Below, in pieces: positions 57,358 to 64,000 of a stretch of DNA of 64,000 bases (the first letter of the stretch is position 1; each line of letters starts with the position of its first letter). The notes under the pieces are model-generated. The model did not search any database, was not told where the DNA came from, and saw only the letters and a list, made by a program, of their open reading frames with translations. Location: NCBI GenBank assembly GCA_046705145.1, contig JBJKQO010000033.1, positions 4,023-68,022 of the forward strand. Reading direction: 5' to 3'. Position numbers and translations under genes: made by a program. The stretch comes from Candidatus Woesearchaeota archaeon. GTDB lineage: Archaea > Nanobdellota > Nanobdellia > Woesearchaeales > JBJKQO01.

Positions 57358-58365
57358 ATGGTAATACTTGATAAAACCGATTTAAAGTTATTGTCGGAAT
57401 TAGATGATGATGCAAGACAGACCGTTTCAAAGATAGCAAAAACCCTAAACACCTCACAACAGGTCATCAGTTTCCGAATTAACTCCCTAAAGAGGAAAGA
57501 GATCATAAGCGAATACTACTCAATAATTAATTTTACAAAGCTGGGTTACACAAGTTACAGGACAATGATACGCTTCAGCAACATAAACAAGCAAAAACAC
57601 CAAGAGATCATAAAATATTTAACAGATCATCCAAACGTGCTATGGCTCGTCGACTGTGGTGGAAGATGGGATCTCCTCGTTAACTTTTTGGCAAAAGATA
57701 TAAAACAATACAGCATCATGTTCAATTCTTTTAAGAGCAGATTCCCGCAGCAGATAAGAAATTATGATGTCTTGACCACAATCGATTTTGTCTATCCTGG
57801 AAGAGCCTATTTATTTGGGCGAAAACCTGATAAGCCTAACAGGCCTTATGTAGGGATAGAAAGAGAGAAAGTAACCCTAGACAACACAGACTTAAACATC
57901 CTAAAAATGATATCTGAGGATGCGAGGCTAAGTAGTGTGATAATAGGCAATCACTTGGGGATAAGCTCTAATACTGTTATGACCCGGATAAAAGAGATGG
58001 GGAAAAAAGGGGTTCTTCTTGGAGCAAAGCCCCTAATCCATCTCGAAAACACCCCTTACAGGGGATATAAGGCACTTATTAAGTTTCAGGACATAACAGA
58101 AGAAAAAGAAAAAAGCATCATAAGCTTCCTGATGGAATTCGAGAATATAGTCGGCATAATAAGGATGGTGGGGATGTGGGATTTTGAGTTAGAGATCGAG
58201 TCAGAAAAACAGGAGGATGTGGTCGATATGATGAGATCCCTTCGGGACAGGTTCCATGATGTGATAAAAGAGTTTGAGATGTTCCCTTTGTTTCACGAAT
58301 ATAAGTACAACTTCTTTCCCAGAGATCTGCTGGAAGAGCATTCTGGCGAAAATATAACAAAGTAA
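57358..58365 (+). CDS. double-domain Lrp/AsnC-like regulator, array paralog 2
   Basis: Same architecture as paralog 1, about 50% identical. C-terminus FHEYKYNFFPRDLLE. Confidence 0.65.
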   Translation: MVILDKTDLKLLSELDDDARQTVSKIAKTLNTSQQVISFRINSLKRKEIISEYYSIINFTKLGYTSYRTMIRFSNINKQKHQEIIKYLTDHPNVLWLVDCGGRWDLLVNFLAKDIKQYSIMFNSFKSRFPQQIRNYDVLTTIDFVYPGRAYLFGRKPDKPNRPYVGIEREKVTLDNTDLNILKMISEDARLSSVIIGNHLGISSNTVMTRIKEMGKKGVLLGAKPLIHLENTPYRGYKALIKFQDITEEKEKSIISFLMEFENIVGIIRMVGMWDFELEIESEKQEDVVDMMRSLRDRFHDVIKEFEMFPLFHEYKYNFFPRDLLEEHSGENITK

Positions 58366-58443
58366 CAAAAATAATAAGCCCTGATGTTTCTATCCGGGTT
58401 ATTGCGCAAAATATAATTCGTGTTCAAGCTGATTTAGGCAATA

Positions 58444-58512
58444 TCACTCCATCCTAGCTTCGCAATCATCAGGGTCTAATTCTTCCAATTTGAATTTTGT
58501 TTCTTCCTCCAT
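58444..58512 (-). CDS. micro-ORF P6 (MEEETKFKLEELDPDDCEARME)
   Basis: 22 aa. GGAGGT Shine-Dalgarno sequence 6 nt upstream. Variant C-terminus DCEARME-stop. Confidence 0.4.
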   Translation of the reverse strand: MEEETKFKLEELDPDDCEARME

Positions 58513-58637
58513 TTTATACCTCCAAGCAGGTTATACTGCTCATAGTATATAGTGACATGAAAAATAATAAAACCTGTATGTTATAATATTTGTAAAATAG
58601 GAAAATTTATATAATAAAAGAAAATATAACAAAAATT

Positions 58638-59636
58638 ATGAAAAAAATTGATAAGATAGATCTCAAGATCATGTCTGCTTTAGACGATGATGCACATTGT
58701 TCGCTGTCTAGGTTAGCTAAAAAATTACAAACCTCCCAACAGGTCATAAGCTTTAGGCTGCAGTCCCTTAAAAAAAGGGGCATAATCAGCTCATTCTTTA
58801 CAGTTATTGATTTTACAAAGTTGGGATATACCAATTACAGGACAATGATCCGCTTTAGTAATATTGATGAAAAACGACATAAAGAAATAATTTATTTCCT
58901 AAGGGATCATCCCAGTGTGCTTTGGATCGTTGACTGCAGCGGAAGGTGGGACATTATAGTAAACTTTATGGCAAAGGACATAAGAAGGTATAACCTAATC
59001 ATAAGGGAATTTATCAATAGGTTTCCTGACCAGATCCAAAACTATGATGTTCTCACGACAGTTGAGCTATTGTATTTCAAAAGGGATTACTTTGACAAGA
59101 ATCATAGAAAAATAGATATCCTGCCCTATTTTGCTGATAACACTGAAATAATGAGTTTGGATGATATGAATATCAAAATCCTTGACCTTATATCAGAAGA
59201 TGCTAGACTTAGCTCAGTCGTAATAGCAAATAAGCTAAAACTAACTCCAAAGACCGTCCTTGCCAGGATAAAAGAGATGAAAAAAGAAGGTATCATCTGG
59301 GGATTTAAGCCGCTTATACATCTCGAAAACACCCCTTACCGCAGCTTTAAGGCTTTTGTGAAATTCCAAAACATAACTGAACAAAAAGAAAAACAGATCA
59401 TAGCCTTTTTTTCAGATAAGGCTAATGTGGTAGGTGTGATCCGTATGATAGGTCTTTGGGATTTTGAGGTGGAAATCGAGTCAGAAAGCCAGGAATATGT
59501 GATAAAACTCACAAGGGATTTCAGGGATAGATTTAAAGACATAATCAAAGAATTTGAGATAGTCCCCCTATTTCATGAGTACAAGTATAACTTCTTCCCA
59601 AGAGAACTAGTTAAAAAGAATGATACAAATACATAG
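58638..59636 (+). CDS. double-domain Lrp/AsnC-like regulator, array paralog 3
   Basis: Same architecture. C-terminus FHEYKYNFFPRELVK. Confidence 0.65.
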   Translation: MKKIDKIDLKIMSALDDDAHCSLSRLAKKLQTSQQVISFRLQSLKKRGIISSFFTVIDFTKLGYTNYRTMIRFSNIDEKRHKEIIYFLRDHPSVLWIVDCSGRWDIIVNFMAKDIRRYNLIIREFINRFPDQIQNYDVLTTVELLYFKRDYFDKNHRKIDILPYFADNTEIMSLDDMNIKILDLISEDARLSSVVIANKLKLTPKTVLARIKEMKKEGIIWGFKPLIHLENTPYRSFKAFVKFQNITEQKEKQIIAFFSDKANVVGVIRMIGLWDFEVEIESESQEYVIKLTRDFRDRFKDIIKEFEIVPLFHEYKYNFFPRELVKKNDTNT

Positions 59637-59642
59637 TCTCAT

Positions 59643-59705
59643 TTTATTCTGCCCTAGTCTCACAGGCATCAGGTTCTATTTTTTCGAATTCTTTGTTTTT
59701 TATCA
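59643..59705 (-). CDS. micro-ORF P7 (MIKNKEFEKIEPDACETRAE)
   Basis: 20 aa. GGAGGT Shine-Dalgarno sequence 7 nt upstream. Variant C-terminus ACETRAE-stop. Confidence 0.4.
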
Positions 59706-59826
59706 TTTTATAACCTCCTTATACATCTTCATCATAGTAAGTACTTTCAAAATTTATATAATTAATCACCATAATATTTTGTAAAATAACAAAATTTATA
59801 TAATATATCATCATAACACAATAAAT

Positions 59827-60822
59827 ATGACTAAAATGGATAAGTTTGATATGAAACTGCTTGCAGTGCTTGAGGAGGATGCAAGGCAAACCTCATCAAA
59901 AATAGCCAAAAGATTAAACACGTCACAACAGGTAGTCAGTTACAGGATCAAATCTCTGGAAAAAAGGAAGGTCATCATAGGATATTATCCTATCATTAAC
60001 ATCACAAAATTGGGTTACACAAGTTACAGGACAATGTTTCGGTTGAATGACACTGACAAGAAGACCCATTCAGAGATTGTCAAATACCTGAAAGAGAATT
60101 CCAATGTTTTGTGGTTTGTTGACTGCGGCGGAAGATGGGACCTAATAGTCAATTTTATAGCAAGGAATATCCTCCATTATAGCGCCCTATTAAGAGATTT
60201 CAGAAATTCCTTTAAGGGCCTGGTACAAAACCCTGATGTTCTTACGACTATTGAAATGATCCATCTGGGAAGAGAATACCTTACCAAAAAAAAGAGAGAA
60301 ATCATGGAACCCCCTCATTTCGGAAGAGAAGAAGAAAAAATTCTGCCTGACTTGACTAACCTGAAAATACTCAAAATCCTCTCAAAAGACGCCAGAACTA
60401 ATTCGGTACAGATTTCACAGGAACTAGGGATAAGGCCGAGTACAGTTATGCTAAGGATAAAAGACATGAAAAAGTCTGGAATTATCCAAGGGTTTAGGGC
60501 GCAGCTCAACTTAGAAAATACACCTTACAAAGGGTATAAGGCAGTCGTGAAATTCCAGAACATAACTGAAGAAGTAGAGCATGATATCATAGGTTACCTA
60601 AATCAGGACGTAAGGGTTTACGCAATAATAAGGATTATAGGCCTCTGGGACTTTGAGATAGAATTTGAGGTCGAGAATAATGAGCAGATGCTTGAGCTGA
60701 CAAGGTCTTTTAGGGACAAGTTCAAGGAACATATCAAAGAATTTGAGGTAATACCCCTATTCCATGAGTACCGCTACAACTTCTTTCCTGGAGACCTGCT
60801 GGAAAACAACGCAAAACTATAA
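59827..60822 (+). CDS. double-domain Lrp/AsnC-like regulator, array paralog 4
   Basis: Same architecture. C-terminus FHEYRYNFFPGDLLE. Confidence 0.65.
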   Translation: MTKMDKFDMKLLAVLEEDARQTSSKIAKRLNTSQQVVSYRIKSLEKRKVIIGYYPIINITKLGYTSYRTMFRLNDTDKKTHSEIVKYLKENSNVLWFVDCGGRWDLIVNFIARNILHYSALLRDFRNSFKGLVQNPDVLTTIEMIHLGREYLTKKKREIMEPPHFGREEEKILPDLTNLKILKILSKDARTNSVQISQELGIRPSTVMLRIKDMKKSGIIQGFRAQLNLENTPYKGYKAVVKFQNITEEVEHDIIGYLNQDVRVYAIIRIIGLWDFEIEFEVENNEQMLELTRSFRDKFKEHIKEFEVIPLFHEYRYNFFPGDLLENNAKL

Positions 60823-60848
60823 AAATCGAATCAACTTCTCTTTTTTGG

Positions 60849-60959
60849 ATGGACAACAAACCTGACGAATGGATCGATATGACAAAAGACCTTGAAAAGG
60901 GTTATTCTGAAGATCTTGACGAAGAAGAGGAATCAGAGACCTTTGAAGAAGAGGAATGA
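60849..60959 (+). CDS. small acidic ORF (MDNKPDEWIDMTKDLEKGYSEDLDEEEESETFEEEE), tentative
   Basis: 36 aa directly after the last Lrp paralog. No Shine-Dalgarno sequence. Could be spurious. Confidence 0.2.
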   Translation: MDNKPDEWIDMTKDLEKGYSEDLDEEEESETFEEEE

Positions 60960-60962
60960 ATC

Positions 60963-61220
60963 CTATTTCTCCTTTATCATCCTACCTATCCTGCGCTTGT
61001 GGGCATCAGCAGATTCTATCCTGGATATCTCGTGGATAACCTTTATAACAGCGACAAGGGAAAGCGCCATCAAAAACAGCGCCTGAGCTTTCGCAGGAAA
61101 ACCGATGTCAAAAAGCGCCTTACCTGTACTATAGCCATACAAAGAGCTAATAAAAACTGCAGAGAATACGACCAAAAGAGCCATAAGGGCATATAGTGCT
61201 TTCTTCCTGTACCGGTCCAT
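60963..61220 (-). CDS. small membrane protein (2 TM helices)
   Basis: LYALMALLVVFSAVFISSLY and AQALFLMALSLVAVIKVI hydrophobic helices. Confidence 0.4.
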   Translation of the reverse strand: MDRYRKKALYALMALLVVFSAVFISSLYGYSTGKALFDIGFPAKAQALFLMALSLVAVIKVIHEISRIESADAHKRRIGRMIKEK

Positions 61221-61275
61221 GCCATGCAGGATATTTTTGATGTTTATAAGGTTTGTTCTTAAAGAGAAGATTCAA

Positions 61276-61482
61276 TTATCCCTGCTTAGATTTTTCCATA
61301 GGTTTATTGGGATAATCAAGTATAGTCTTAAACTTTGATGTGTCTATCCCCCCCTTAGAAAGAAGCGCTAAAAGCCCTTCTTTTTCTGAATCTAAGCATG
61401 TTTCTGCATAATTCTTGTTCCTAAATGAAGCAATCTCCCTACCCCCACATGCTTGAGCAACTGGTACCCCTTTTATCAACAC
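61276..61482 (-). CDS. small hypothetical protein (possibly longer with a non-ATG start)
   Basis: The reading frame stays open upstream to about 61596 with no in-frame ATG, so a GTG/TTG start is possible. Confidence 0.3.
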   Translation of the reverse strand: MLIKGVPVAQACGGREIASFRNKNYAETCLDSEKEGLLALLSKGGIDTSKFKTILDYPNKPMEKSKQG

Positions 61483-61812
61483 AGATTTTCCACCTTCAAA
61501 AGTGATCCTTGCTTCAACAAAAGCTTCATTTACACGTCCATGACATTCAAAATGATAATCTAACTCTATTGATATAATTGAACTTTCAACTAAATAGCCA
61601 TTTAATTCACGTACCCCCTATCAAAATCGTTATTTGCTTTAATCCTTTCTGATATAGTGTTTGAGTATGATGGAGATGATACGAAATATTCTATCGAAGG
61701 CATATATCCAGGATATTTTCAATCTTTATAAGGTTTTTGTGACGAAGATAGTTGGATAAAGTATATAAATGAAAATCCAGCTAGTTCTGAATAGAAGGTG
61801 AATTAGCCCAAA

Positions 61813-62832
61813 GTGAATGATCCTGAATCAATCAGCAAGATAGTGCAATCAGTAAATAACCTTAGAACGACATTTCATCTTCTTAATCCTGGTCAGGAAG
61901 TCGTTCTCCCTGTCGGATTGTGCGAGTTAGGCACAAATACAATTGTTCTGATTGATATCCTTAAAAGACTCGACCTCGACCCGCCTTTACGCATAACCCC
62001 TTTTGTAGTACATCAAAACCCTGATGGAGATCCTAGTTTTCAGGATGTCAGAAACTACCTCTCGCAATTAGTAGGCACATCTCATGCGAGAGGGTTTGAT
62101 ATCAGCTCAAGATGCCCTCCACTTAATCCAGCCTATTGGGGAAATGCAAGAGAAGATATTTCTAAGATGATTGATCTTGAAGGCAACCCTGGATCACAGG
62201 ATGAAGTAGGGATATGCAGATTATGTACCCAAGCAAGAGAAAATGTTTTGAGTACTGTGCTCCCAAGAGAACAAAAGCCCATTTTGGTTTCTGGAGACAC
62301 GATGACTCATATAATATCATCTCTTCTCGAGCATTACTGGGCAAAACTGTACCATAAGGAATATGGGGATAACTCTTATGACACAAACCAAATAAGAGGA
62401 TTTATATCAAGCCAGAATCTTGACCTAAATGATGTCGTAAGAGAACTCAAAGAAGGGGCTATAAGGACTGATCTTGAAGTTTTTGAGATGATCCCAGCAA
62501 GATTTAGAGGAAAATTAAGTGTCATCAGGCCTTTTGGCTTTGCCACTCAAAATAAAATTGATGAGGCCTATCCTACAATCATGCCTATATACCAAAACTG
62601 CCCATATGGTGGGCCTAAACAGACGTATAGGCTTATCGTGCTAGAAGACTTGTTGGATCGTCTAAAAACTGACCCTCAGATCGAGAAGATGCTTATGAAT
62701 GAGCTTGTAACTCTATTTTCTGCTCCTTCTCTAGCTGACAGGCCCGGAGGTTACCTCCCTATAATGAAGTTTCGTAAAGCTAATTATCCTTGTAGGATAG
62801 GGGTTAATAGCATATTAAATACTACCATATAG
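61813..62832 (+). CDS. hypothetical protein
   Basis: 339 aa with no known motif. Immediately upstream of the HDAC-family gene. Confidence 0.4.
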   Translation: MNDPESISKIVQSVNNLRTTFHLLNPGQEVVLPVGLCELGTNTIVLIDILKRLDLDPPLRITPFVVHQNPDGDPSFQDVRNYLSQLVGTSHARGFDISSRCPPLNPAYWGNAREDISKMIDLEGNPGSQDEVGICRLCTQARENVLSTVLPREQKPILVSGDTMTHIISSLLEHYWAKLYHKEYGDNSYDTNQIRGFISSQNLDLNDVVRELKEGAIRTDLEVFEMIPARFRGKLSVIRPFGFATQNKIDEAYPTIMPIYQNCPYGGPKQTYRLIVLEDLLDRLKTDPQIEKMLMNELVTLFSAPSLADRPGGYLPIMKFRKANYPCRIGVNSILNTTI

Positions 62833-62876
62833 TAGTCAATAATACAAACATTTATAAATCTCAAAAGATACCTTTT

Positions 62877-63878
62877 TTGTGTGATAATATGCGAATAATT
62901 GATAATATGCTAATAATATATGCCCCATATCATAGACTCCATAAACCTACAAAAGAGATTCATAATGGAACCCCTCAGGATCATGGAGACCAGCCTGGCA
63001 GGATAGAAGCTATAGTTTCTGCTCTTAAACTCGAAGGCCATGAGATAATAGAGGAAACCTTGGATAAGACCGGACAAATAAAAGCTGTCCATTCTCCTGA
63101 ATATGTTGATTTCCTCTTAAGGCTAAAAAAGGAACCCTGGTCTGGAAGGGGATTTAACCATGATGATCTAAAAAACAGGATGACTCCTTTTTCATCAGGT
63201 GCTGCTATCGCTGCCATCGCCTCTGCATCAGCAGCGATAAAAGGTGCAGAAGAAGCTTTCTTAGGTAGAGATTGCTTTGTCCTGACAAGACCTCCAGGAC
63301 ACCATGCAGGATATGATTATGCCCAGGGCATATGCTACCTTAACAATGCAGCGATCGCTGCATATTTCATTGCAGGGTTAGGGGAGTTAGGGTTTAGCGT
63401 CGCAATACTTGATTTTGATATACATCACGGAAACGGGACCCAGGAACTTGTGGCTAGGGCAATGCTAAATAAGAATATAAGATATGTGTCTGTCCATGGG
63501 GATCCTGACAACCCCAGATTATACGTGCCAAACAGAGAGATAGTAAAAGATTATGTTCCAGAAAGGATACTAAATCTGCCAGTACCCGGCTTATCTAGTA
63601 ATGATGAGTACCTAAGAATATTTCAAAGAGCTATCGATTTTTGTTCTGACGCACAATACCTTGTTATTTCAGCAGGATTTGATATCTCCTCTCAAGACCG
63701 CCACTCCGTATTCAGTCTTGAACAAAGCATATTTGCTGAGATGGGAAGGATGCTTGGGGGACTATCTCAAAGAAAGCTCATATTGCTGGAAGGAGGATAT
63801 TATGGCAGAGAAGAAAAGTATGCTCCTCTCGCAAAAGATGTTAATAGTTTTATTATAGGTCTTGAGAACAAAGTGTAA
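62877..63878 (+). CDS. histone deacetylase / acetoin-utilization AcuC / acetylpolyamine amidohydrolase family protein
   Basis: Arginase/deacetylase-fold motifs TRPPGHHA, DFDIHHGNGTQ and ISAGFD. Confidence 0.75.
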   Translation: MCDNMRIIDNMLIIYAPYHRLHKPTKEIHNGTPQDHGDQPGRIEAIVSALKLEGHEIIEETLDKTGQIKAVHSPEYVDFLLRLKKEPWSGRGFNHDDLKNRMTPFSSGAAIAAIASASAAIKGAEEAFLGRDCFVLTRPPGHHAGYDYAQGICYLNNAAIAAYFIAGLGELGFSVAILDFDIHHGNGTQELVARAMLNKNIRYVSVHGDPDNPRLYVPNREIVKDYVPERILNLPVPGLSSNDEYLRIFQRAIDFCSDAQYLVISAGFDISSQDRHSVFSLEQSIFAEMGRMLGGLSQRKLILLEGGYYGREEKYAPLAKDVNSFIIGLENKV

Positions 63879-63901
63879 TATAAAACCAAAAAACTAATGA
63901 T

Positions 63902-64000
63902 CTATTCCTCAGGCCCATCATCGCCTGGATCATCAGAATCTTCTTCCGGATCATCACCAAAAAGTCCGTCCTGATCCATCTTCTGAAGCACTAACAGGTC
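63902..64000 (-). CDS. C-terminal end of a gene with a polyacidic tail (continues beyond window end)
   Basis: Minus-strand frame reads ...QKMDQDGLFGDDPEEDSDDPGDDGPEE-stop, with the stop at 63902-63904. Confidence 0.3.
   Translation of the reverse strand, partial: DLLVLQKMDQDGLFGDDPEEDSDDPGDDGPEE

Overview
This window is a 64-kb stretch of an archaeal chromosome (probably DPANN-like or euryarchaeal), moderately AT-rich and densely coded on both strands. The archaeal markers are an HMf-type histone, a thermosome subunit, RNase P protein Rpp21, ScpA, TruD/Pus7 and a GINS-like subunit. Three tRNAs each carry a canonical anticodon-loop intron plus a second intron inside the T-loop, and two of the three are followed by a poly-T tract. 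Recognisable housekeeping content includes a four-gene [NiFe] hydrogenase operon in the sulfhydrogenase-type beta-gamma-delta-alpha order with ATGA-coupled overlaps. It also includes a bacterial-type (type I) GAPDH and PGK, LeuA/CimA, HGPRT, three HIT paralogs, a RimK ATP-grasp paired with a retropepsin-like protease, an A24 prepilin peptidase, an FKBP-type PPIase, TatD, three radical SAM enzymes, and an HDAC-family deacetylase. There is a strong expansion of Lrp/AsnC regulators: two single-domain and six double-domain ('tandem Lrp') paralogs. The most unusual feature is a family of eight Shine-Dalgarno-preceded micro-ORFs (17-25 aa) on the minus strand that share a conserved C-terminus [D/N]-C-E-C-R-x-E-stop. 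Four of them are head-to-tail and translationally coupled directly upstream of a B12-binding radical SAM gene and an EamA/DMT exporter, which is the layout of a RiPP-like cluster. Three more sit divergently between consecutive tandem-Lrp paralogs, and one lies downstream of the exporter. Intergenic regions also contain at least three families of structured repeats (putative ncRNAs or MITE-like elements) whose stems show compensatory base changes. No CRISPR array, rRNA or intact IS element was seen.
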